DNA of 64,000 bases. Origin: Dipteris shenzhenensis. Taxonomy: Eukaryota. Where the stretch lies: assembly GCA_047967505.1 (NCBI GenBank), contig CM106538.1; one strand, given 5' to 3'. Below, piece by piece: positions 47,295 to 59,051 of the stretch (position 1 is its first letter; each line of letters opens with the position of its first letter). A program made the position numbers and the translations under genes. The notes beneath the pieces are model-generated. The model saw only the letters and a program-made list of their open reading frames with translations. It did no database searches and was not told the origin of the DNA.

Positions 47295-49721
47295 GTATCA
47301 CCACAATGTAAATATCCTAAGTCAAAGTACAATTGACCATTTATTTGATCATAATTAAAGAGTTTTCCATCTGGGTTGATTATGGTCAAAAGAGTTTTTC
47401 TATTGGCCAAAAATACTTGACTTCGGTCAAAAAGAGAAAATGCATGCCTTTGTGCACAGGAAAGATGAACCAAATGCGTTCTTAGTGCTTTTTGCAGCAA
47501 CCAGGAAAGGGGCAACACAGTCATTGATGCTTTGGCCACTTTGTGGGTATATGCTTTAAATTGACAGCCCATTACTCGCACAAGTTGTGAATGCAAGACA
47601 CCTCTTCTTGAGGTAATTTCTCTTTGAAAAGCAAAGGCACCATGCATCAGTTGCATACACAGTGTGTGTGAGAAACTTGCAGATCTCAGACAAGTTGTAG
47701 GAGAATGGCTCAATCACCTAACCAGTCAAGACAGAGAAGTGTGCAGCAAACTCAGCAAGAATTTGAGCAGATGGTACACATTCATATGCAAGAGATGGAA
47801 AATCTTAGAAGGGATCCAAGAGCTCAGCATTTGTTTCAAGGAGAAACTATGCCTAATGCAGCTTATGATGTGCCAATACTAGAGGCATACTCTCGTGTAC
47901 AGCCCGAGAGAGAGAGAGATCTCATAGGGGACGGTCTCATAGTAGGAAGAGATCGAGGCATCATCACCGATCTCCAAGCCCTTCACCGTCTACCTCGAGC
48001 TCGAAATTTGTATCTTCTTCTTTATCAAATAAACCATCCAGGAAAAGAAGGAAACACAAGAAGTCTAGGAAGAGTAAGTCTTCCAGAGAGACTAAGGAAT
48101 TCAAAGATGGAGGTAAATCTGTCAAGTTTATGACCTATAATAGACAATATGGTCATACAGACAAAGCATTGCAGTTCATCACGCAATTTGATGCTGCATT
48201 CAGTACAGAAAAGTTTTCAAAATCCTCCAAGTTGAGAATGGTCAATTTGCACTTGACAGCGACAACTATTGCATGGTGAAGTGCGCAGACCACAGATCGG
48301 TCAGCCCCAAAGAGGTGGAAGGGCTTCAAGAAAGCCTTCTACCAACAATTCATACCTAAACACTTTAGAGATCATGTTCTTCAAGATTGGGACAGTTTAC
48401 ATATGGATGCAGGAGATACAGTGGATGTGTACAACCAAAAGTTTTGGGATGCTTAGTTGCAGGTTGCATCTTTCAAAAAGATCTCCAAAAGAACCTAAAT
48501 GAGAAAGTACAAAGCAGGTCTCAGTCCAAAAATTCAGGCAGTGGTGAATGCTTTGGGGGCAAAGAACATTCAGGACATTATGCATTCAGCTTCAGTAGCT
48601 AGTCTCGTGCCGTTACAAGATCCTTCCACAGTGCTATCCTTGCATGCTGGAGGTGCTGAAAGAAAGAAAACTGATTTTTCAAAATCAGAAAAGAAAGTAT
48701 CCCAAGGTTGAAAAGAAAGGGTTTTAGCCTTAGAAGCCGAGGGCAAAGAACATTCACGACATTATGCATTCAGCTTCAGTAGCTAGTCTCGTGCCGTTAC
48801 AAGATCCTTCCACAGTGCTATCCTTGCATGCAAGACGTGCTGAAAGGGAGAAAACTGATTTTTCAAAAAGTATCCGAAAAGAAAGGGTTTTAGCCTTAGA
48901 AACCGAGGGGTACTCAGCTTTCAAAGTCATATAAAGGCAAATCCCCATTCACTCCTGAACAGATAGCTGAATTCCGCAGAGATGGGAAATGCTTTAGATG
49001 TGAGAAAAAGGGGCATATGGCTGCCCAATGCCCTGAGAAGCCTTCGGGTTCTAAGAAGCAGAAAAAGCCACAAGTACCACCAAGACCAATGGTGGGAGCA
49101 ATGCCAGATGTTTAGGGTAGTACCTCAGACCCAAAGAAAAAAGAGCTTTTGCTATCATTGGGAAAGATAAGAGATCAGCAAGCATTTATCCTATTTGATC
49201 CACGGTCTACAAACAATTTTCATATCCGAAGATTTAGCCCTCAGATTAGGGATTAAAACTGAAGAGCTAGGCAGAGCTCTTGATGCTGATCAAATGTTCC
49301 AGGGGAATCTAGTGCAAGTGTCCATGTGCAGAGTTACGTAGATCAGGAGGACTTCTTAATTTGTCCTCTCAAGCAGCATGATGTTGTACTTGGTACACCG
49401 TGGTTCCATCAAAAGGAAGTAACGATAGAATACCCTGAGAGGGTGCTGAGTTTTATCCATAGGGAAAAAAACCAGCGTTTCGTTGCCAGGAATAAAGGGG
49501 AGACAATCCCCATTGTAACTGATGTTACATGTGGTAAAGCAATAAAGTCTGCAATTTCCGCATACATGGTTTTTGTAAAAGAAAAAGAGAATGATATGCA
49601 TGCTGAAATGAATGATGCAGACAAAGATAAATTTCAGTTTCTTGTAAACTTTAAAGATTGTTTTGCAGATGCTTTGCCAGGGGAGTTACCCCCAGAGAGA
49701 CCAGAGGAAACTCGATGGTGA
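47295..49721 (+). mobile_element. Ty3/gypsy fragment: leader, gag and protease; truncated just before RT
   Basis: Retrotrans_gag-like segments, a knuckle remnant at ~48990-49030, protease AFILFDP(R)STNNF (~49180-49220), DVVLGTPWF and DCFADALPGELPPERPE. ~185-bp tandem duplication at 48556-48910. Confidence 0.8.
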
Positions 49722-50786
49722 AGGACAACCACATCTAGCATAATATCATCTATACTCTGCTATCAAGGAGCAAGATACAGAGGGTTGTAGGAAGACCGTT
49801 GAAAGGCATGAGTTTTTTTTTTTTGCAAGGATTCGCTTGCAAGCATCCTCTATATTTTCACAAATCAAGGTATCCACAAACCAACCAACCCCCCCCCCCC
49901 CCCGCCCCCACACACACACCCCCAAAAAAAAGCTTTTGGCTCCCACTTTTGGGATATTGTCAATGAGTTGACACCCTAAGAGGCAGGCTGCAGGACAGCC
50001 AACACTCTCTCCAAAGCCTCACAAAATGCTGAGTTTGTACTTTAAAACTAATAGGCAGCTCTTTTCCATGGAAATAAATAGACGACGGTGTGCAAGTGCA
50101 TCTACTTGGAAATTCAATAGAATCAGAATCACAACATTGACACCGAAGGTGTGTGTCCCCAAAAAGTACTTGCAATGGGACCTCCAAGAGTGGGAGTGGA
50201 TTGATGCAAGGCATCACGAGACGAGTCTCCCATTCTTTCAGTACATGTTCGCAATGAGCATGCAGAGGCTGTCCTTTCTTCTCTGACGTACCTACAGGTT
50301 TGAGGTGGCATTTCAGCCTCAATCTTGGCTCTTTCATTCGAGTGGGGCTTGACCCTCTCATGCTTTCTCATGCGGTTCATGGTGTATTTGATGCCTTGAG
50401 CACTTTGCTCTTTGGGGATTTTTCATAGTTATTAGGAGTCATTTTCAGGAAAATTAAATAAAATTTTAACAATTCTCTGTGTTTTACTATCATCATTAGC
50501 TTTCCAAAAAAAATCAATATCCCGGATTCATTTCTAATTCATGGAGCACAACTAGCCAATTTCATTATTTCAAAACGGTCAGCATTCGAAAAAAAACAAT
50601 ATCCCGGATTCATTTCTTCTCCTTTTCTTCAAACTTTAGTTCATGGAGCACAACTAGCCAATTTCATAATTTCAAATACGGCCAGCATTTGCAACATACC
50701 ATTGGATTCCCAAAGCTTCTTACTATCTACAAATTATGTAAATGAGGAAGACTCCATAGGTTAAAAAGGCAATCAAGCAAATACCT

Positions 50787-50930
50787 TTAAGGTCCCATTT
50801 TAGTCCGAATAAATGACAGCCGAGCCAAATAACTACTCTCTGCAAAGTCATGCACAGTCCGTAGGCTAGAGCGACCACTATCATGTATATGAGCTTCTTG
50901 CTGTATTGCTCTGCTATGCTCTCCTGGATC
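50787..50930 (-). CDS. Terminal coding exon of SNF2-family helicase / F-box protein (At3g54460-like)
   Basis: CAG acceptor at 50931-50933; DPGEHSRAIQQEAH..RTVHDFAESSYLARLSFIRTKMGP*. The phase matches the previous exon. Confidence 0.88.
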   Translation of the reverse strand, partial: DPGEHSRAIQQEAHIHDSGRSSLRTVHDFAESSYLARLSFIRTKMGP

Positions 50931-51379
50931 CTGAATGATTGTATAAAACATGTCAGAATCAACCGGTTGGACCAAAACAACAAAAGAAGAGCAACCCAGT
51001 AAGCAATTGATTTGGCTGCATAAATGATAATCTATCATAGCAAACTCAAGTCACGGACATAGCACCTGACGATGCATTAAAAAATACTTCTTTCTTACTA
51101 GACTATGTTTTTTACATGAGTTTCTCCAATTTTTAAATAAAAATCCAGGGGAAAAACTATTTCCACCCAGCTCACCCCTGCCCCAAACAAAAAAAATGGA
51201 GGGGCAGGAAACTGTGCCTTCATATTACAATTGGAACCTGCACTTTCCCATGCTATGCTTAAAAATCTTGGCTTACTTCAAACTTCATATCTTCACATTG
51301 GCAAGGCTAAGAAAACCCAAATTCCATCTGAAATGTGAGAGTTATGTAAGTGACAAAGGTAAGATCCTGCAATGTGTAC

Positions 51380-51494
51380 CTGCAAAAATTCCAACATTTG
51401 TTCTTCGATGGTTCCACGCATTGCTAGCGTTTCTACCAGAATTGGTCGTGTGGCACCCATACGATGCGCTCGACTTACTACTTGCTCTTCCATG
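51380..51494 (-). CDS. Internal exon, helicase C-terminal motif VI region
   Basis: AG..GT bounded; (S)MEEQVVSRAHRMGATRPILVETLAMRGTIEEQMLEFLQ. Confidence 0.93.
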
Positions 51495-51584
51495 CTGGAG
51501 CACAAGACATTTCAAGCTAGTGATAACTTGATCCTCATGAAGAAATACAATATATCAAAAATATGTTCCAATTACAGAGATTAC

Positions 51585-51715
51585 CTGCGATCCCAAATGG
51601 GTTCCATCAGAAATACATGTGTCACAAAACTCAAATCCAGGCCTAAAGCAGCACTACCATCCATCAAAAGAACAGTGCAATCTCTGTCATTCTGAAAATT
51701 GAGTAGAGACTTCAT
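51585..51715 (-). CDS. Internal exon, helicase C-terminal motif V region
   Basis: AG..GT bounded; MKSLLNFQNDRDCTVLLMDGSAALGLDLSFVTHVFLMEPIWDR(S). Ends in phase 2, joining the next exon. Confidence 0.93.
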
Positions 51716-51814
51716 CTGCAAACCACCAGAAACAGTGAGATTAAGCCAAAATATATTCCAGTCGTTCAACAATATGCAGACAGTGCTGGAACAAAACTCA
51801 TCTTAGTGACAGAC

Positions 51815-51874
51815 CTTATTTATTGAGTGCATAGGGCTGTACATTCCTGCAACCTTGATACCTGCTTTGGAAAG
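51815..51874 (-). CDS. 60-bp internal exon of the same gene
   Basis: CAG..GT bounded; LSKAGIKVAGMYSPMHSINK, in frame with the next exon. Not in the ORF track. Confidence 0.88.
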
Positions 51875-52363
51875 CTGAAGGAGCTCAAGATTAGTATGAA
51901 GGGCAAACTTCCAAATAAGAAACGCCAACAGCAAACTACAGAGTAAGACAGATATATCCCTTCAAAATGTGATTGGCCTCATTGTTTTCAAGGACACCAC
52001 AAGAGACTCCAGCAAATGACTGAAGGAAAGATAACTAAGATTGCATAACAGTGGAATGATGAACTAAACAAGCGAGTACAAATACTCGTGAACACTGTAG
52101 GTTCTGCTAAATGCAAATGATCGTGAAGATGAATGGACAATTACTATGCAGCACTTGCAATGGAAGCATGTGTGTAAAACCATTGGAAAGCTTGAGTGTT
52201 CTAATGCAATTGCTTGCAAATGCAAAGCATGTGCATGTGTGTGTGGGTGTGTGAGTGAAAAAAAAGGGCATTATTTCAAAAAAAAAAAAGCTTTTATGGA
52301 GCATTGGAGTATATCAATAGAGGAGGATAATGCTGATGACTTGAGTGGGGGGAGGGGAGGGAG

Positions 52364-52367
<4 letters not shown>

Positions 52368-52416
<49 letters not shown>
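52368..52416. repeat. (GA)n microsatellite at the LINE 3' junction
   Basis: Read directly from the sequence. Confidence 0.95.
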
Positions 52417-52419
<3 letters not shown>

Positions 52420-52593
52420 ATTAAAGTCTTTGGAAGACCAATGGGTCTATGAGACTGTGAAAATCCTGGTACAAACGAGCTGTGGATCTACTAAACGAGC
52501 ATCCACACCAATGCAAAATGCAGAAAATGCAGAATGGTAGTACTTAGTACTAAGTACAACATAGTCATGTTGGTGGTCGACTATATATCAATC

Positions 52594-52624
<31 letters not shown>

Positions 52625-55600
52625 AGGACATCACGCTGGATGAGGCAATGGAGGCATGAAATCGGCGATAGAGTGTTGTCGGCCACTCACGGGTCCTGGC
52701 ACCTCTCTTGGTCGTAGCTCTACGCCTAACAAGGGCTACAGTAACCCTTGTCAGTCAAGCTCCGACTCTAAACAAAGGGGGGGATATCCCCAAGTGTAAT
52801 TTGCGTGTCAACCTTCTGTCTGAGCTGTCGGGTCACTGGCTCTAGGTCTCCGTCATGTCGAGGCCTCGTCTCGTGGGGGTCCATGTGATCTGGCTCAAAA
52901 AACTCCATGATAGAGCTCTCATAGGGATCAGCCAAGGAAGAAGTATGCTCATGTCTCCATGCTCGAAGTATTCTCTCGCAGTGTCTGAGTACCTCATGAA
53001 TGAAGCCTGCCAAACACCTCTGGTCTGGGTAGGAGAGGAATCGGGCCAAAACCCCATAGCTATCTCTGAAGAGGCAGTAGAAACGCCCTCAAATCTCATA
53101 GTAAACACGACACCTGAAGATGAAGTGTTACTCTGTCCCAACCTCCTGCATGTCACACAATGTGCATAGCCCCTCTCCCGCGTAGGCGCTCTGCTCTACC
53201 ACTCTCGATACGAAGTCTATGTGAAGAGACCCAGAACTGCCCGAGAGAGATCCTCAGTGAGTGGGGTAAGTAGATCTGTGTGTATCCTGGCAATGAAACC
53301 CTCCTCTGTGATATGTAAGCAGTGATCTCTGTAGAAGATAAGCTTCACTGGCAGTTCACTTGGTCTCAACCAGGTCCGGAATGTGTCTAGCTGTGCGAGA
53401 TCCTCATGGATAACCTGGTTGACCTCTGTGTGTATCCTGGTAGGTCAATGAAACCCTCCTCTGTGATATGTAAGCAGTGATCTCTGTAGAAGCTAAGCTT
53501 CACTGGCAGTTCACTCGGTCTCAACCAGGTCCGGAATGTGTCTAGCTGTGCGAGATCCTCATGGATAACCTGGTTGACCTCGTGTGATAGGAGGGGAGAC
53601 AACAGGGCGTCCATGTTGCACTGGAAGGGAGGAAGTCTATCCATGTGGAACCCCTGTCGCTCTCTCAGTGCATGCATACTAGCATCTCTGGTCCCCTCCT
53701 GCTGAAAGTGCCATAGAAGATGATAGTGCTAGCCATGGTAGCCTGCTACGCCCAGAAGTGTAATCCCCATATTCCCTGACTCAATATAGATACGTGATGA
53801 CCTGAAAAGCAGCACCTAGCTGTAATGGGGATGACCCACTCAGTCTGAACGATTTGGTGAGCAACGGATGGCTTACCACGAATCATCCGTGATAACATGA
53901 GAACCTGTAGCTGCTCCACACGAGCCCACTCTGTATCCGACAAGTTTAGTCTCCAACAACGACTGCCATACATCCCCGCTGGGCCAACCAAGGAGTCAAA
54001 AAGCAGTTCCTTAGTCCCTAGACCTGAGAGTGCAAGCGGAAGCACTATCTCTCTAGTCTGGCCATTGAAGCATATCCTCTGCCTAAACGTGCTTGCATCG
54101 CGGGTCTCATGATAACATGAGAACCTATAGCCACTCCACACGAGCCCACTCTGTATCCGACAAGTCTAGTCCCCAAAAGGGGCTGCCATACATCACCGCT
54201 GAGCGCACCAAGGAGTCAAAAAGCAGTCCCTTGGTCCGTAGACCTGAGAGTGCAAGCGGAAGCACTGTCTCTCTAGTCTCGCCATTGAAGCATATCCTCT
54301 ACCTAAGCATGCCTGCACCGCGGGTCTCATGGTGAAGATGGGTCTAGAGAAGACAACTCCAAGATACATGTAAGATGAAACTATGTCAATTGAAGCATAT
54401 CCTCTGCCTAAACGTGCTTGCATCGCGGGTCTCGTGATAACATGAGAACCTATAGCCGCTCCACACGAGCCCACTTTGTATCCGACAAGTCTAGTCCCCA
54501 ACAGGGACTGCCATACATCCCCGCTGAGCGAACCAAGAGTCAAAAAGCAGTCCCTTGGTCCATAGACCTGAGAGTGCAAGGGGAAGCATTGTCTCTCTAG
54601 TCTGGCCGTTGAAGCATATCCTCTACCTAAGCGTGCCTGCATCACGGGTCTCATGGTGAAGATGGGTCCAGAGAAGACAACTCCAAGATACATGTAAGAT
54701 CAAACTATGTCAATAGGTAACCCATCAAATTTGAATGGCTCCTAGCGCATGACGGCTCGAGATATATTGAAGATCATGACCTTGGTTTTACCCAGGTTAA
54801 CCTTCAAATCACGAGACTCACAAAAGAAGTGTAGTGCGTCAAGGTGTCTCTGGAGCCCCTTTGTTGAAGAGGACAAAAGAGCCACGTCATCTGCATAAAG
54901 CAATATCCGGATCAGCATGCCCGCAAGAGAGCAACCAACTCCCCCCTGTGTCTATATCACTGTCTCAAGCTTGTCAATGTAGAGGCCAAACAGGGTAGGT
55001 GATAATGGACACCCTTGTTTAACCCCAATAGTACTCATGATCTCATCTGTCCCGCCCGGACTCTGCCTGAAACTCTCTCGTAAAGTGCCATGACAAAAGA
55101 GCCACGTCATCTACATAAAGCAATATCCAGATCAGCCGCAAGAGAGCAACCAACTCCCCCCTGTGTCTATATCACTGTCTCAAGCTCGTCAATGTAGAGG
55201 CCAAACAAGGTAGGTGATAATGGACACCCTTGTTTGACCCATATAGTACTCATAATCTCATCTGTCCTGCCCGGACTCTTCCTGAAACTCTCTCGTAAAG
55301 TGCCATGACAGCCTAGATGATCTCCTGGTCATCTCGTAGGCGTCGTGAACCGTGTCAAATGCCTTGCAAAATTCCACAAAGCAACAATAAACCCTTTGCT
55401 TCCGTGTCCTCACCTCCTCGATGATGAACCTCCATGTCATCTGCATAAAGCAATATCCGGATTAGCATGCCCGCAAGAGAGCAACCAACTCCCCCCTGTG
55501 TCTATATCACTGTCTCAAGCTCGTCAATGTAGAGGCCAAACAGGGTAGGTGATAATGGACACCCTTGTTTGACCCCAATAGTACTCATGATCTCATCTGT

Positions 55601-57957
55601 CCCGCCCGGACTCTACCTGAAACTCTCTCGTAAAGTGCCATGACAGCCCAGATGATCTCCTGGTCATCTCGTAGGCGTCGTGAACCGTGTTAAATGCCTT
55701 GCAAAATTCCACAAAGCAACAATAAACCCTTTGCTTCCGTGTCCTCACCTCCTCGATGATGCACCTCCATGTCATCTGCATAAAGCAATATCCGGATTAG
55801 CATGCCCGCAAGAGAGCAACCAACTCCCCCCTGTGTCTATATCACTGTCTCAAGCTCGTCAATGTAGAGGCCAAACAGGGTAGGTGATAATGGACACCCT
55901 TGTTTGACCCCAATAGTACTCATGATCTCATCTGTCCCGCCCGGACTCTACCTGAAACTCTCTCGTAAAGTGCCATGACAGTCCAGATGATCTCCTGGTC
56001 ATCTCGTAGGTGTCGTGAACCGTGTCAAATGCCTTGCGAAAATCCACAAAGCAACAATAAACCCTTTGCTTCCGTGTCCTCACCTCCTCGACGATGCACC
56101 TGAGCATGAGAATGTGATCCATGGTTCCATGATCACACCGGAATCCAACCTGTCCTGCGGCTCTAAGTCCTCGCCACTCCGCAACTCTGCTGACCTCGGA
56201 ATCAAGCATTGATGCATCAATCTTAGACATGACATGTCCAATCATAATGGTCCTGTAATTCTCTGGGCTCATAGGATCCCCTACCTTGTGAATGGGTGAG
56301 ATAGTGTTAATGGTCCAGGTGTGTGGAAACCCCAAACAAACAGCTTCATTAAAGAGCTTTGCTAAGATCGAGGCTAGGAGGTTAATCCCATATGCAATGA
56401 ACTCAATGCATATTCCCTCATGATTCTTCGCTCGGCCATTATGAAGTTTCATTGCAGCATCCTTTACTCCCCCTTAGTGAAGAGGGTGCAGGATGTGGGG
56501 CGTGGCATATGTGAGAGATTAGGGACGGGCTGATTTGGATGTCATAGAGTGTGCGTGCATAATTATACCAGACCTGAGTGTCAATGAGTGGTGAGGAGGA
56601 GCCTCCCTCTAGAAATCTCTGCCAAAAGTCCTTAGAGTTGTTACTAAATAAAATGTTCAATTTCCTCCTCGTTCCGACGAACGAAATCTAGTTTCTTTCT
56701 ACGTACCAGTCGACAATACTTGTGTGTCTCTGGTTCACTCGGTTTGCTCGGAAGATTGTTTTTGGTTTCGAATCTGAGCTGACAGCGTAAAGCCTTACAC
56801 TCATCATCGTACCAGCTATTACAAGGTACGGTCCCAAGGGGTGGTGGGCGGGTGGAGCGAGTGGTGTGAGGTAAAGCGTGAAGGACATCCTCGTGTGACT
56901 AGGGCAGCACGGTCCTCTAATAGGGGTATGAAGTCAATATAGGCGAGCAGCATGTACAGAGTCCAGACGATCAGAGTAAGTAGGTGAGTGGTCGCGATCG
57001 AAGCGTATATCATGATAGGTGGAGTAAGAACTCAATGGGGTGGAGGGTGCAGTGCGACGGGACGTAGAAATGCTAAAGAAAAGATAGGCATGATCAGCTT
57101 CTGGAGGGAGAGGCGCTACCGTAGAATCAATGATGCGAGATGTGAAGGCAGGGGATGCCATGATGTAATCAACAACGCTAGAACCTCCCCCATGTGGAAA
57201 ACATGTGAAACCACCTCAGGCAGAACATCTGTTAAGACCATTATAAATAATGACATCATGCATCCTATCGAGGTCTAAAAGGGCATGCCTGTAAGATGTG
57301 ACCGGACCTCATCTGTCAGACGAAACCTGTAGCATACCTGCATACTCAAGGTCAATGTCTGGTAGTAGAATGGAATCATCCCTGAAGTCGAGGAGTGGTA
57401 CCTGACGAGCGCATGTCTTATGGGGAGCTGCAGACAACCTCCCCCGTGTGAAAAACATGTGAAACCACCTCAAGCAGAACATCTATTAAGACCATTATAA
57501 ATAATGAGATCATGCATCCTGTCGAGGTCTAAAAGGGCATGCCTGTAAGATGTGACCGGATCTCATCTGTCAGACGAAACCTGTAGCATACCTGCATACT
57601 CAAGGTCAATGTCTCGCAGTAGAATGGAATCATCCCTGAAGTCGAGGAGTGGTACCTGACGAGCACATGTCTTATGGGGAGCTATAGACGGGGGCGGGGC
57701 GGGGCAGGAGCGGGATGGGTAGCTGGAGGCGCAGCAACAAGGGCGAGGCGGAGGCTGGGCGCCCCATGAGGAGAAGGGCGACGGAGTAAGGCGGGGCTGC
57801 GTAGGAGGTCAGGAGGGTTGCGGGCGTAAGAACGCGGAGGGCCCAAGAGGAGAAGGGCAACGGAGCAAGGCGGGGCTGCGCAGGGGGGCAAGAGGGTTGC
57901 GGGCATAAGAAGGCGGAGCGGAGGAAGGCCGTCGAAGGCGGAGGAGGGCTGGCTAGC

Positions 57958-57961
<4 letters not shown>
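52417..57961 (-). mobile_element. Non-LTR retrotransposon (LINE, RTE/RTEX-like), decayed, with multiple internal tandem duplications
   Basis: APE C-term GFTCF..GGSSVVDYI..EADHAYL (~57080-57220); RT PIHKVGD..NYRTI..QVGFR..FVDFRKAFD, GVKQGCPLSP, LYADD, YMYLGVVF; C-terminal LGQF.VSSHRLRIESGR and CTLC..HFIFRC. (TGA)n at 52594-52624, AATAAA at 52417-52422, GC-rich 5' end at 57680-57960. Confidence 0.92.
54873..56095 (-). repeat. Tandem array of RT-core modules (two exact 335-bp periods plus a shorter one)
   Basis: ORFs 55258/55593/55928 and 55345/55680/56015 are spaced by 335 bp; the LY(A/V)DD coding sequence occurs at ~54890, ~55110, ~55440 and ~55775. Confidence 0.95.

Positions 57962-58010
<49 letters not shown>
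57962..58010. repeat. (GA)n microsatellite at the LINE 5' junction
   Basis: Read directly from the sequence. Confidence 0.95.
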
Positions 58011-58013
<3 letters not shown>

Positions 58014-58249
58014 GAGGGGGGAGGGAGAGAGGGGGAGGAGAGAGAGACTAGAATAGAAAGTAGTGAACCAAGGCATGAGGTGTACGAAATCTATTGGGAA
58101 GACACTTTTTTGAAAAACTCTCAGTAGAGCAATGCCTTGGCAATGCAGTGCTAACAAAGAATTCATTCCCCCCACATCTGGACCCTTATAAGGAAAAGGA
58201 TCCCATGAGCCCAGAAATCAAACGCAGGCTCATCTTTAGCTAGACCCTA

Positions 58250-58950
58250 TTTAGATTCTCGTCTACACAGACAATGTGGTCTTACTCTTCTCCCATTAAG
58301 GGAGTCTCTAGAGACATCTAGATGCACTTCAGACCTTTTGTGAAACACATGATTGAAAGTCAACCTTGGAAGAAAACCAAGGTTATGATCTTCAACACAT
58401 CTCGGGAAGTAACGCATAGAGAGCAATTTGATAGTAAATTTGTGCGTCCTATACACATCCCAAATTGCTCCTCTCCCACTTGATCTTCACGATGAGACAA
58501 GCTATGTAGGCCCAATGGAGCCACACTTGCTAGGCTCGAGCGCCAGTGCCTCCATTCTCAATTCCAGAACCCCAGGACCAAGTCTCTTCTCTTCAACTTT
58601 CTGTTCCGTCCAACTACTGTGTATGGCAGTTCCTACTGGGGCCCCAAAGCTCAAAGATAGATTGGGCTCAAGTACAGCGACTCCAAGTTTTACAGCTTGT
58701 GCAGAAGCTTGTGCAGATGGTCCGTTGTGAGCCTTCCATCCTCACTAGATAAGTTGTCCCCTCTCCAACTCGATGCAGCTTTCTAGATGATCACATATCT
58801 CCATCGAGTCAGAGATTTTAGTTCCATGACCTCAAGCTGATAGAGGTTACCATGGCTAGGCCTATCTGCATCCATAACATCAGCAGCCAAGGGATTAGAG
58901 ATATTGGTAAGCTCTGACATGTAGATGGTTTGCGATCTTGGACTTCACAT
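58250..58950 (+). mobile_element. Older, 5'-truncated LINE RT fragment of a related family
   Basis: LVYTDNVVL..RHLDALQTFCETH..KVNLG..KTKVMIFNTSR is homologous to the minus-strand LINE segment at 54720-54900. Confidence 0.75.
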
Positions 58951-59051
58951 GGAGAGATTGCCATCTTTTAAGTATAGTCACAAGGCCCCATATGTTCTGC
59001 TCAATTATCATGAGGTGAACCAGGTTCTTCAAGAGGATCAAGTACACGTTG

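Noticed and set aside
58985-59045. HLMIIEQ on the minus strand resembling the expected upstream helicase exon (HIHVIEQQ)
   Set aside because: It lacks the IFSQF motif and an in-phase GT donor, so it is probably chance.
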